Part shown: positions 1 through 8,818 of the stretch, piece after piece | How positions within the stretch are numbered: position 1 is the first letter of the stretch | Layout of the letters: each line of letters opens with the position of its first letter | Assembly (NCBI GenBank): GCA_043820285.1 | Contig: JBDRDX010000017.1 | Location: forward strand, 4,510 to 68,509 | DNA length: 64,000 bases | Reading direction: 5' to 3' | Source: Patescibacteria group bacterium | Lineage (GTDB): Bacteria > Patescibacteriota > Gracilibacteria > UBA1369 > JAHKBB01 | Position numbers and translations under genes: made by a program | The notes under the pieces: generated by a model | Database searches by the model: none | What the model was told of the DNA's origin: nothing | The model's input: only the letters and a program-made list of their open reading frames with translations

Positions 1-563
1 AATATGCAAAGGCGGATTTTGTTGCCGCAGACCTACTCTCACAAGCAGAACACAGTACAGATTCTCAAGTCGTTTTGGTTTGCACCGACAAAAATAAGAC
101 AGACGAAATATTGAAAAAAGTCGAAAAACAATTGGATGAATTACCAAGAAAAGAGATTGCAAAAAAGTCTTTGGAAGAAAGCTTTGCATTGATCACAAAA
201 ACCATAGAAGAATCAATAACTTTCTCGAACAACTATGCGCCGGAACACTTAATAATCAACGTGAAAAATCCGAATTTATACTTGAAAGAGATTCAAAATG
301 CCGGATCTGTATTCATTGGACAATACTCATGTGAATCAGCCGGAGACTACGCAAGCGGTACAAACCACACATTGCCGACATACGGATACGCCAAAATGTA
401 TAGCGGCATTTCAACAGACAATTTCACAAAGAAAATCACATTCCAGGAGCTATCAATGGAAGGCGTACAGAACCTGGGTCCAATAGTCGAAAAAATGGCG
501 GAAACGGAAGACTTGCAAGGACACAAAAACGCGATGTCTATCAGATTAAAATCATTATCATGA
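1..563 (+). CDS. hisD: Histidinol dehydrogenase, C-terminal part (5' end outside window)
   Basis: The frame is open from the window edge. The translation (NNYAPEHLII..., ESAGDYASGTNHTLPTYGYA...) matches the conserved HisD C-terminal region. It is the first gene of a his operon and shares an ATGA overlap with the next gene. Confidence 0.85.
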   Translation, partial: YAKADFVAADLLSQAEHSTDSQVVLVCTDKNKTDEILKKVEKQLDELPRKEIAKKSLEESFALITKTIEESITFSNNYAPEHLIINVKNPNLYLKEIQNAGSVFIGQYSCESAGDYASGTNHTLPTYGYAKMYSGISTDNFTKKITFQELSMEGVQNLGPIVEKMAETEDLQGHKNAMSIRLKSLS

Positions 564-1555
564 ACATTCAAAAACTAATCAGGCCAAACATAAGGAAACT
601 TGCACCATACATATGTGCCAGACACAATCGCGCTACTGGGATCAAGCTCGACGCAAACGAAAATCCGTACGGCAATGTGAACCGCTATCCGGATCCAAAC
701 GCGACTGAAGTTAAAAAGATACTGGCGAAAATGCTAGACATAAAAGCGGAAGATATTTTTGTAGGAAACGGATCAGATGAAGCGATCGATCTCTTGATGA
801 GAGCATTCTGCGATCCGGGAGAAGAAATAATTGTGCTAGACCCAACATACAGAATGTACAAAGTTGCAGCGGGCATAAACGATTTGAAAGTAAAATCGGT
901 TCCTTTGACTAAAGATTTTCAAATCAACGTTGAAAAAACACTTTCAAGCATAAGTAAGAAAACAAAGATAATTTTCACGTGTTCACCAAACAACCCAACG
1001 GGCAATTTGCTAAAGAAAAAAGATATATTCGAACTTTGCAAAAATTTCAAAGGAATTGTTGCGGTTGACGAAGCATACATAGAATTCGCCAACGAAAAAT
1101 CATGCATCTCGAATTCAGGACAATATCCAAATTTAGTAGTCCTAAGAACACTTTCGAAAGCATGGGGAGGAGCAGGCATAAGGGTCGGATACGCCACCGG
1201 ATCCCCTGAAATAATTAAGGCGTTAAACAAAATAAAACCACCATACAATGTGTCGGTTTTAGACCAAAAAGAAGCGGTTAAAATCTTGAGCAGCAAAACA
1301 AAAATCAAAAAAATATTGCGAGAAAGAAATCGGGTTTCAAAAATATTAAAAACTCTCGTACCGAAAGTCTACAAATCAGACGCCAACTTCATACTTTTTG
1401 AGATACCAAACGCAAAACACATTCAGGAAAAACTGCAATCAGCAGGAGTAATCATCAGAAATACACAAATAAAGAACTGTCTGAGAGTAAGTATCGGGAA
1501 ATCAGGAGAAAACGACAAATTCCTACGCGCACTTAGTAACCTACTAAAATCATGA
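560..1555 (+). CDS. hisC: Histidinol-phosphate aminotransferase
   Basis: 331 aa class-II aminotransferase. It has LDANENPYG, the NPTGN motif, and SKAWGGAGIRVGY carrying the PLP lysine. It is translationally coupled on both sides within the his operon. Confidence 0.85.
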   Translation: MNIQKLIRPNIRKLAPYICARHNRATGIKLDANENPYGNVNRYPDPNATEVKKILAKMLDIKAEDIFVGNGSDEAIDLLMRAFCDPGEEIIVLDPTYRMYKVAAGINDLKVKSVPLTKDFQINVEKTLSSISKKTKIIFTCSPNNPTGNLLKKKDIFELCKNFKGIVAVDEAYIEFANEKSCISNSGQYPNLVVLRTLSKAWGGAGIRVGYATGSPEIIKALNKIKPPYNVSVLDQKEAVKILSSKTKIKKILRERNRVSKILKTLVPKVYKSDANFILFEIPNAKHIQEKLQSAGVIIRNTQIKNCLRVSIGKSGENDKFLRALSNLLKS

Positions 1556-2136
1556 GAAAAGCAAAAATATCCCGCAAAACAACCGAAACAGAAATCGAGG
1601 TTTCATTAAATCTCGATGGCAAAGGCAAATACAAAATCGAGGCAGGAATCGGATTTTTCGACCACATGCTTGAACTTTTTTCCAAGCACTCATCGATTGA
1701 TCTCAGCATAACCACAAAGGGAGACCTGCGCATCGACGAACACCACACGGTAGAAGATGTCGGTATCTGCCTGGGAAAAGCTCTAAAAGAAGCAATTGGC
1801 AACAAGAAAGGAATCCAAAGGTATGGATTTTTGCTCCCCATGGACGAAAGCCTGGTAGAAGTCGCAATCGATCTTGGAGGACGCCCATATTTGGTGTGGA
1901 ATGTAACATTCAAACGAGAAAAAATTGGAGATATGCCCACAGAATTATTTGAAGACTTCTTCAAAACAATATCCGACAATTTAGAAGCAAACATTCACAT
2001 AAATCTTAAATATGGAAGAAATGAACACCACATGGCAGAAGCAATTTTCAAAGCTTTTGCAAAAGCAATGAAGTTTGCGGTCAGTGAAGACCTTCACATA
2101 AAAGATCTGATCCCATCAACTAAAGGAAAACTATGA
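1552..2136 (+). CDS. hisB: Imidazoleglycerol-phosphate dehydratase (monofunctional)
   Basis: 194 aa with the hallmark GIGFFDHML and DEHHTVEDVGI...NEHHMAEA motifs. Confidence 0.9.
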   Translation: MRKAKISRKTTETEIEVSLNLDGKGKYKIEAGIGFFDHMLELFSKHSSIDLSITTKGDLRIDEHHTVEDVGICLGKALKEAIGNKKGIQRYGFLLPMDESLVEVAIDLGGRPYLVWNVTFKREKIGDMPTELFEDFFKTISDNLEANIHINLKYGRNEHHMAEAIFKAFAKAMKFAVSEDLHIKDLIPSTKGKL

Positions 2137-2720
2137 TAGCAATAATCGATTATGGAGCAGGAAACCTGAAAAGTGTCGAAAATGCTCTGAAAAAATTAGG
2201 CCAGGAATATAAAATCATAAAAGAACCATCCGCTTTGAAAAATTTTGCAAAAGTAATTTTACCGGGTGTCGGAGCTGCAGGCGATGCTATGAAAAAACTT
2301 AAAAGTAAAGGATTCGACAAAGCCATTCCGCTCTTGAAAATTCCGTTCCTTGGAATTTGTCTCGGCCTGCAGCTCCTCGCAGACTTCTCACACGAAGACA
2401 ATACAAAATGCTTTGGCATAATACCCGGAGAAGTGAAAAGATTCCCGGAATTCGTAAAAATTCCGCAAATTGGATGGAATAAAGTTTCTTTTATGGGGAA
2501 ACCCCCTCTTCTCGAAGGGATCCCGGACAAAAACTACTTTTACTTCGTCAATTCGTTCTATTTTGACACGCCTGAAGATTTCATCCTGGGACAAACAAAC
2601 TACGGAGTGGTATTTCCATCCATAGTCCAAAAAAATAATTTCTACGCTACACAGTTTCACCCGGAAAAATCAGGAGAGATAGGATTCAAATTATTACGTA
2701 ACTTCTGCGAAAAATGCTAA
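2133..2720 (+). CDS. hisH: Imidazole glycerol phosphate synthase, glutaminase subunit
   Basis: 195 aa class-I glutamine amidotransferase. It has the GICLGLQ nucleophile elbow and QFHPEKS. Confidence 0.9.
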   Translation: MIAIIDYGAGNLKSVENALKKLGQEYKIIKEPSALKNFAKVILPGVGAAGDAMKKLKSKGFDKAIPLLKIPFLGICLGLQLLADFSHEDNTKCFGIIPGEVKRFPEFVKIPQIGWNKVSFMGKPPLLEGIPDKNYFYFVNSFYFDTPEDFILGQTNYGVVFPSIVQKNNFYATQFHPEKSGEIGFKLLRNFCEKC

Positions 2721-4168
2721 TAATACCAGCAATAGATCTGATAAATGGAGAATGTGTTCGCCTGACAAAAGGCAACTATTCCACAAAGAAAATCTACTCA
2801 AAAGATTCGGTTGAAGTTGCAGCGAATTTTGAGAGGCAAGGCGCAAAAATGCTGCACATAGTCGACCTGGACGGTGCAAAAGAAGGAAAACCCGTAAACC
2901 CGGGAACAATCCTCGAAATTCGCCGAACCATAAAAATCCCCATGCAAATGGGAGGAGGAATCCGAGATATCAAAACCGCCTCAAAATACCTAGAGAACGG
3001 AATCGAAAGAATCATAATCGGAACAAAAGCAGTAGAAGACTTGGAATTCCCCAAGAAATTAATTAAAAAATTCGGATCAGAAAGGATAGTGATTTCAATA
3101 GACGCAAAAAACGGGAAAGTGAAAACAGCAGGCTGGACAAAAGATACCAAAATAAACTACTTGGAATTTGCACAAAATCTCAAAAAAATTGGGATAACAG
3201 AAGTCATATTCACAGACATTTCAAGAGATGGCACCTTAACAAAACCAAATCTCGTCCCATTGAAAAAACTGAAACAACTCGGATTCAACATAATAGCGGC
3301 AGGTGGAATCTCAGACAAAGAAAGTATTCAGGATTTACGCAAAATCGAAATTTGCGGAGCAATAGTGGGCAAAGCTTTCTATGAAGGAAAAATCACAGAC
3401 TTCACCGAAAATGATCTGGCGAAAAGAATCATCGCATGTATGGACATCGATAATGGACGAGTTGTTAAAGGCATCAACTTTAAAAATCTAAAAGACGCTG
3501 GAGATCCTGTGAAACTCGGGGAACTCTACAGCAGAAAAGGAATCGATGAGCTTATTTTCCTCGACGTAACAGCAACAATTGAAAATCGAAAAACGCTCAG
3601 AGATTTAGTCGAAAGAATTTCGGAAAAGATAAATATTCCATTCACGGTAGGCGGTGGAATAAAAACCCTCCAAGATATCCGCGAACTTCTCAAAAGAGGC
3701 GCAGACAAAGTTTCAATAGGTTCAGAGGCCATCAGAAATCCATCGCTAGTCAAAAAAGCCGCAAAGAAATTTGGATCCCAATGCATCGTAATTTCCATTG
3801 ACCCAAAATGGAACAAAAATTACTGGGAAATGTACATAAACGGAGGTCGTACTCCCACAGCGATAAACGCAATAAAATTCGCGAAGGAAATGGAACGCCT
3901 TGGAGCAGGAGAACTTCTTATAAATTCATTAGACAAAGACGGAAAGAAAACCGGATACGACACAAAGCTGCTGAAATCAATCTCGGAAGCAGTAAATATA
4001 CCCGTTATCGCATCAAGCGGGGCCGGAGAAAAAACCCACTTTCTGGAAGCATTCACAGAAGGAAAAGCAGATGCAGCGCTCGCTGCCACCCTATTTCACT
4101 ACAGAAAATTGGAGATTCAAGATCTTAAAAAATATTTAAAAAAGAACAACGTAAACATACGATCATGA
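2714..4168 (+). CDS. hisAF: Fused HisA (ProFAR isomerase) and HisF (IGP synthase cyclase subunit)
   Basis: 484 aa single ORF. The N-terminal ~235 aa are HisA-like (IIPAIDL..G.CVRL, GGGIRD). The C-terminal ~245 aa are HisF-like (RIIACMDIDNGRVVKG, LDVTA, GGGI, ASSGAG). There is no stop or frameshift at the junction near nt 3430. Confidence 0.85.
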   Translation: MLIIPAIDLINGECVRLTKGNYSTKKIYSKDSVEVAANFERQGAKMLHIVDLDGAKEGKPVNPGTILEIRRTIKIPMQMGGGIRDIKTASKYLENGIERIIIGTKAVEDLEFPKKLIKKFGSERIVISIDAKNGKVKTAGWTKDTKINYLEFAQNLKKIGITEVIFTDISRDGTLTKPNLVPLKKLKQLGFNIIAAGGISDKESIQDLRKIEICGAIVGKAFYEGKITDFTENDLAKRIIACMDIDNGRVVKGINFKNLKDAGDPVKLGELYSRKGIDELIFLDVTATIENRKTLRDLVERISEKINIPFTVGGGIKTLQDIRELLKRGADKVSIGSEAIRNPSLVKKAAKKFGSQCIVISIDPKWNKNYWEMYINGGRTPTAINAIKFAKEMERLGAGELLINSLDKDGKKTGYDTKLLKSISEAVNIPVIASSGAGEKTHFLEAFTEGKADAALAATLFHYRKLEIQDLKKYLKKNNVNIRS

Positions 4169-4740
4169 AAATCAATTGGAAAAAAATAGGAAATCTAGTC
4201 CCGGCAATAATTCAAGACTCAAAAACCATGGAAGTCTTAATGCTCGGCTATATGAATAAAGAATCCCTAAAAAGAACCATCAAAACGGGTAAAGTTTGGT
4301 TTTACAGCCGTACAAAATCCCGCCTCTGGATGAAAGGCGAAAAAAGCGGCAACACACTCGAAGTAAAAAACGTAAAAACAGACTGCGATTCAGACACCTT
4401 GCTCATCAAAGCAATCCCCAAAGGCCCAACCTGTCACAAGGGTACAAAAACGTGCTTTTCAGACAACATATTTGAAGAACTGTACTCAGTAATTGAATCC
4501 CGCAAAAAAGAAATGCCGGAAAATTCCTACACCACTTCCCTATTCCAGGAAGGAATTAACAAAATCTGCGCAAAAGTGGAAGAAGAATCAGGAGAAGTCA
4601 TAAAAGCTGCAAAGGAGGAAACAAAGAAGAAAGTAATCGAGGAGGGAGTGGATGTCATATATCACCTATTTGTACTTTTAGCAGAAAAAAAGGTCGAAAT
4701 ATCAGAATTAACAAAGGAAATCAGGAAGAGACGCAAATAG
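4165..4740 (+). CDS. hisIE: Bifunctional phosphoribosyl-AMP cyclohydrolase / phosphoribosyl-ATP pyrophosphatase
   Basis: 191 aa. The N-terminal HisI part has CDSDTLL...GPTCHKG. The C-terminal HisE part has SYT..L...G..KI..KV.EE..E. Confidence 0.85.
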   Translation: MKINWKKIGNLVPAIIQDSKTMEVLMLGYMNKESLKRTIKTGKVWFYSRTKSRLWMKGEKSGNTLEVKNVKTDCDSDTLLIKAIPKGPTCHKGTKTCFSDNIFEELYSVIESRKKEMPENSYTTSLFQEGINKICAKVEEESGEVIKAAKEETKKKVIEEGVDVIYHLFVLLAEKKVEISELTKEIRKRRK

Positions 4741-4746
4741 CTCCAA

Positions 4747-4771
4747 GGGAGATTGATCTCCCCCCTTTTTT
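4747..4771 (+). terminator. Intrinsic terminator after the his operon
   Basis: gggaga-ttga-tctccc hairpin followed by ccctttttt, immediately after the hisIE stop. Confidence 0.5.
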
Positions 4772-4803
4772 ATGATATAATAACCCGATGTAACCGAACC
4801 TAA

Positions 4804-5238
4804 ATGCAGTTTAAGGTACCACAAAACGTACAAAGAGAAGACACAATTATCGGGCCGGTAACTATGAAACAGCTCATAATTTCTGGTATTGGCGGCGGAT
4901 TGGCATACGCGGTATATGTAAGTTTGGCCAAATTCTACTTTTGGGAAGTATGGCTATGGCCGGTCGCAATCATTGTGGGAATAACAGCCGCGATCGCGTT
5001 CTTGAAAATTCATGACATTCCGTTCTACAAATTTGTATTTTTGCTTCTCGAATATCTGTTGCTTCCAAAGAAAAGAGCATGGGTAAAAGGCAGTGGAGAG
5101 GTTTTCCAGTCATTGCTCTCTCCACAAGTAAGCAAAAAGAACAAAAAAGATGCAGAAAACAAAGATGATGCTACAATAGACAAAAGAAAGAAACTGGAAG
5201 AATTATCAAAATTAGTCGATTCACACGGTAAATCTTAA
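4804..5238 (+). CDS. PrgI-family (VirB3-like) small membrane protein of a T4SS-like apparatus
   Basis: 144 aa. The N-terminus QFKVPQNVQREDTIIGPVTMKQL followed by two TM helices fits my recollection of PrgI-family proteins. Confidence 0.6.
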   Translation: MQFKVPQNVQREDTIIGPVTMKQLIISGIGGGLAYAVYVSLAKFYFWEVWLWPVAIIVGITAAIAFLKIHDIPFYKFVFLLLEYLLLPKKRAWVKGSGEVFQSLLSPQVSKKNKKDAENKDDATIDKRKKLEELSKLVDSHGKS

Positions 5239-5247
5239 AGCTACAAA

Positions 5248-6048
5248 ATGGTGGAAGAAACAACAGCGCGGAGCGAAGCGAAGCGCCCTGGCGCAGAGCC
5301 GACAGGCGAAGCGCCCCAAAAAACAGAGGATTCTGTAAATACAGGCAGGAAATCAAAGAACCTCGGTTCAAGCACGCAGAAATTTCTAAAGATTTCAGAA
5401 ATCAGAGACAATCTCGTAATTTTGAAAAACGGTGGTGTTCGAGCAGTACTTCGAACTTCAAGCATCAACTTCAACCTCAAATCCGAAGAAGAACAAAACG
5501 CTATAATCTCGAGCTACCAAGCATTCCTAAATTCACTCGAATTCCCAATTCAAATAGTTGCCCGATCAAAGAAACTGGACGTCGACAATTACATTGACAA
5601 AATCAAAGAAATAGGAGAAAAACAAACGAATCCCCTACTCCAAAAACAAACAACAGAGTATGCGGACTACATTCAAAAACTGGTAGAATACGCGGATATC
5701 ATGGAAAAAGATTTCTTGGTAGTTGTGCCATATGATCCACCAAGAGCAGTCGGTAAAAACTTCCTTCAAAAATTCTTAGAAAACTTTTCAAGTAAAGACA
5801 CAATAGGAGCGGTTAAACGAAGACATGCTGAATTTGACGAGCTAAACAAAGGCATAAATCAAAGAGCCAGCACAGTAAAAACAGGCCTGGAAAATTGCGG
5901 ACTTAAAGTAGACCAACTCAAAACTCAAGAGTTGGTCGAACTCTTCTACAACATATACAATCCGGAAGTTTCCAGAACCGAAAAAGTCAAAGACATATCT
6001 GGGCTCCGGATCGAAGATGACACAGCTTCCATAGCCATGGATAAATAA
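5248..6048 (+). CDS. Hypothetical protein resembling the N-terminal (non-ATPase) domain of VirB4/TrsE-type proteins
   Basis: 266 aa. The segment VILKNGGVRAVLRTSSINFNLKSEEEQNAIISSYQAFLNSLEFPIQIV resembles VirB4 N-domains. There is no Walker motif. It lies directly downstream of the PrgI-like gene and ends 9 nt from the 5S gene. Confidence 0.45.
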   Translation: MVEETTARSEAKRPGAEPTGEAPQKTEDSVNTGRKSKNLGSSTQKFLKISEIRDNLVILKNGGVRAVLRTSSINFNLKSEEEQNAIISSYQAFLNSLEFPIQIVARSKKLDVDNYIDKIKEIGEKQTNPLLQKQTTEYADYIQKLVEYADIMEKDFLVVVPYDPPRAVGKNFLQKFLENFSSKDTIGAVKRRHAEFDELNKGINQRASTVKTGLENCGLKVDQLKTQELVELFYNIYNPEVSRTEKVKDISGLRIEDDTASIAMDK

Positions 6049-6056
6049 AAAGCACT

Positions 6057-6175
6057 ATCTTGGCAGCGCCCTACTTTACCACTACCTGAGGTAGCAGTAT
6101 CATCGGCGAAGGGTGGCTTAACTGCTGTGTTCGAGATGGGAACAGGTGTACCCCACTCTCTATAACTGCCAAGAT
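6057..6175 (-). rRNA. rrf: 5S rRNA
   Basis: The reverse complement has the 5S hallmark CCCATCTCGAACACAG. Terminal helix I forms by pairing tcttggcag with ctgccaaga. It lies about 70 nt downstream of the 23S 3' end. Confidence 0.85.
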
Positions 6176-6364
6176 GGTGCCTTTTATTGTAAAAGTTCTA
6201 ATGCAATTGATCCTATTAACTACCAGTTAGATATAATAAGTCCTCAAAATAAATTCGATCACCTATTAGTACTGCTCAGCTGAACATATCACTATGCTTA
6301 CACTTGCAGCCTATCAACCCGGTGTTCTGCCGGGAGGTTAATGGGGAAATTTAATCTTAGGAAG

Positions 6365-6416
<52 letters not shown>

Positions 6417-6540
6417 TGCAATGCCGCTGACGCGACAACAGATACACTAGAGGTTCGTCCACTCCGGTCCTCTCGTACTAGGAGCAGCATCCCTCAAATT
6501 TCCTTACGATCACGGAAGATAGGGACCAACCTGTCTCACG

Positions 6541-7295
6541 CATGTATATTACGTTTAATTGTAATTTATCCTCTATTACTAGAGGCATGGACTATACCAC
6601 TACCCTTTTTTTACCGTAACAAAGGGTAATCGACGTGTTAGCCACTCTTTAAAAGATGTGACTCCGTTCCCTAAGGAACAAGTCTCTACGGGGTCAATAA
6701 TCCTTGATCTCTCAGAACTTTTTTAACCAGCCCAGAATCACATTGTCTTTTCTTTGAGTAATTCATGGTTCTGAACTGATCTATCATCTCTGCCAATAAA
6801 AGAAATCCTTTAGCACTCTTAACATTCTCTTTTACCGACAAAATCCGAAGCATTAGTTCTGCCTGTTCTTTCTTCAAACGAAGATACGGAAGAACATTCA
6901 AAAGTAATAACTTAATGGAACACATATCTCCAACAATATACTCAGAAACTCCATCATTTCTCTCTCGAACATAACCGAATTTCAGTAAGTTCTTGAGATC
7001 GTATAGAAATTCCTTTTGCTTCGATGATTGATAGAAAACAACATAAGGAGCAATTTGAAACTTAAATCTATAAGTAGAATTCGGTTTCAATCTCACATAA
7101 ATGCTTCCATCGCCATCGAGAAATCCTGCGATATATGCCCAATCAAGTCTATTCAACTTCATGAGATCTAAAGATTACGACTTCCCTCGGTATTATCCTA
7201 GCACATGACAGGTTGCAAATACAACTGTACTAGGACTTCACCGATATGAGTCGATTTGGCACTCTAACATTACTGTTAGAGGCCGCCATAATTTG
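6541..7295 (-). mobile_element. Group I intron in 23S at the E. coli U2593/C2594 equivalent (I-CreI-type site)
   Basis: The exon sequence AACCGT|CGTGAGACAG is split here. The 5' exon ends in U and the intron ends in G. It has an R-like core element GTAGAGACTTG (about 6679-6694) and an S-like element GTATAGTCC (6589-6598). Confidence 0.75.
6686..7162 (-). CDS. LAGLIDADG homing endonuclease, single-motif, I-CreI-like
   Basis: 158 aa. IAGFLDGDGSIYVRLKPNSTYRFKFQ...GYVRERNDGVSEYIV is collinear with my recollection of I-CreI (LAGFVDGDGSIIAQIKPNQSYKFKHQ...GYVRDRGSVSDYIL). It sits in the homologous intron site. Confidence 0.85.
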   Translation of the reverse strand: MKLNRLDWAYIAGFLDGDGSIYVRLKPNSTYRFKFQIAPYVVFYQSSKQKEFLYDLKNLLKFGYVRERNDGVSEYIVGDMCSIKLLLLNVLPYLRLKKEQAELMLRILSVKENVKSAKGFLLLAEMIDQFRTMNYSKKRQCDSGLVKKVLRDQGLLTP

Positions 7296-7341
7296 ACGGT
7301 TTGAACCCAGCTCGCGTACCGCTTTAATTGGCGAACAGCCA

Positions 7342-7372
<31 letters not shown>

Positions 7373-7388
7373 CGACGAGCCGACATCG

Positions 7389-8240
7389 TACATTTATCCA
7401 TTATTACTAATGGTGTGGACTATATCTTCATCCTGCAATCTATAAATACAGGAGTTGGCGTATTATAGTATTATAAATTTGACCAATTTCTAGTCAGAAA
7501 TACTATCCGCCCCGCCTACAGCGGGGACAAGTCTCTACGGGGTCATAACTCAATTTTATACTTCATTGATGGAACTATATAGTCAGATATTAATTCTTGT
7601 AATCGCGGTAAACTTGATTTCAAAAATCTCATTCTTGAATAGTTTTTATCTTTATTTATTCTTGCTTCTAAACCAAGATTGTATAAAGAACTGATTATTC
7701 TTTCATGATCTTTAGAATCAAATTGCTGCGTATTCAGATAAACATCTGATTTCCTACATTTACTGCCATCATCCATAAACCAAACTGCCAACATTATTGG
7801 ATCCAATTCAAGATCAGGTACAAATTTCTTACCATTCCTATAAAACATCCTTAGCAAATCTGTCAGTTCAGGAAGTTGTTTTGTATAAAAACGATAAGCA
7901 ACCCTACTGCCCTTGTTTTTTCTAATTCTAGGTCTACCACCTGCAATGTTCTTCAACATTTTATATTTCCAATCAACATAATCTTTTTGTTTAAAAGAAT
8001 GATTGATTTCTAAAAATGCATCTTTTCTACCTGAAATAATTCGCAAGTAGCCATCACCTAGAAGTGATCCAATAATTATAGATTTCTGGAATTGAGTTAG
8101 ACTTCCCACGGTATCGTCCATAACAATGTTATTATAGCTGGATATATTATGGAGTCCACCGTTATAAGCCAATTTTTTTGTATAACATTACTGTTATAGC
8201 ACCCCGATTGCCCCTCCCACAAAAATGAGAGAGGAAGTTA
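7389..8240 (-). mobile_element. Group I intron in 23S at the E. coli U2500/C2501 equivalent (boundaries +/- a few nt)
   Basis: The universal block GGCACCT|CGATGTCGGCTC is split here. It has an R-like element GTAGAGACTTG (about 7528-7542) and an S element GAAGATATAGTCC (7417-7429). It shares 14-19 nt strings with the first intron. Confidence 0.65.
7543..8172 (-). CDS. LAGLIDADG homing endonuclease, double-motif (monomeric type)
   Basis: 209 aa with two LAGLIDADG-type motifs, IIGSLLGDGYL and LAVWFMDDGS. The tracked start is TTG. The first ATG is at 8121. Confidence 0.8.
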   Translation of the reverse strand: MAYNGGLHNISSYNNIVMDDTVGSLTQFQKSIIIGSLLGDGYLRIISGRKDAFLEINHSFKQKDYVDWKYKMLKNIAGGRPRIRKNKGSRVAYRFYTKQLPELTDLLRMFYRNGKKFVPDLELDPIMLAVWFMDDGSKCRKSDVYLNTQQFDSKDHERIISSLYNLGLEARINKDKNYSRMRFLKSSLPRLQELISDYIVPSMKYKIEL

Positions 8241-8282
8241 AGGTGCCGAACCGGATCGTCGATATGAACTCTTGGATCCGAC

Positions 8283-8318
<36 letters not shown>

Positions 8319-8818
8319 GCGATAGCGCACCCATATGCCACTATCGGATCATTATCACCTGCTTTCGCATCTGCTCGACTTGTAGGTCTTGCAGTTAAGC
8401 TCCCTTATGCGATTACACTATCAGCCTGATTTCCATCCAGGCCTAGGGAACCTTCGCGCGCCTCCGTTACTCTTTAGGAGGCATCCGCCCCAGATAAACT
8501 ACCCACCAAACGCTGTTTTTTGCCTGGTTTAACAGGACAAAGTTAGAGCCAAAGTATATCAAGGGTGGTATCTCAAGGGCGACTCCACCCGAACTTACGT
8601 CCGGGCTTCAAAGTCTCCCACCTATCCTGCACATGATATACCTCGACTCAACGTCAAGCTATAGTAAAGCTCCACGGGGTCTTTCCGTCTTTCCGTGATT
8701 AAACGGCATTTTTACCGTTTCTGCAATTTCACCGAGTCTTCCGCCGAGACAGTTTCCAGACCGTTACGCCATTCGTGCGGGTCAGAACTTACCTGACAAG
8801 GAATTTCGCTACCTTAGG

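Noticed and set aside
560-4168. Possibility of an alternative genetic code (UGA recoding, as in some CPR-related lineages).
   Set aside because: TGA clearly functions as a stop at several tightly coupled ATGA junctions (hisD/hisC, hisC/hisB, hisB/hisH, hisAF/hisIE, trpE/trpG, aroB/aroA). Conserved proteins end at their expected lengths, and RF1 is present. Code 11 fits.
5268-5320. A locally GC-rich patch with gcgaagcg repeats at the 5' end of the 266 aa ORF, considered as a small RNA or regulatory hairpin.
   Set aside because: It is in frame within a plausible low-complexity N-terminal linker (SEAKRPGAEPTGEAPQ). I could not find a convincing stem plus T-run or any conserved RNA motif.
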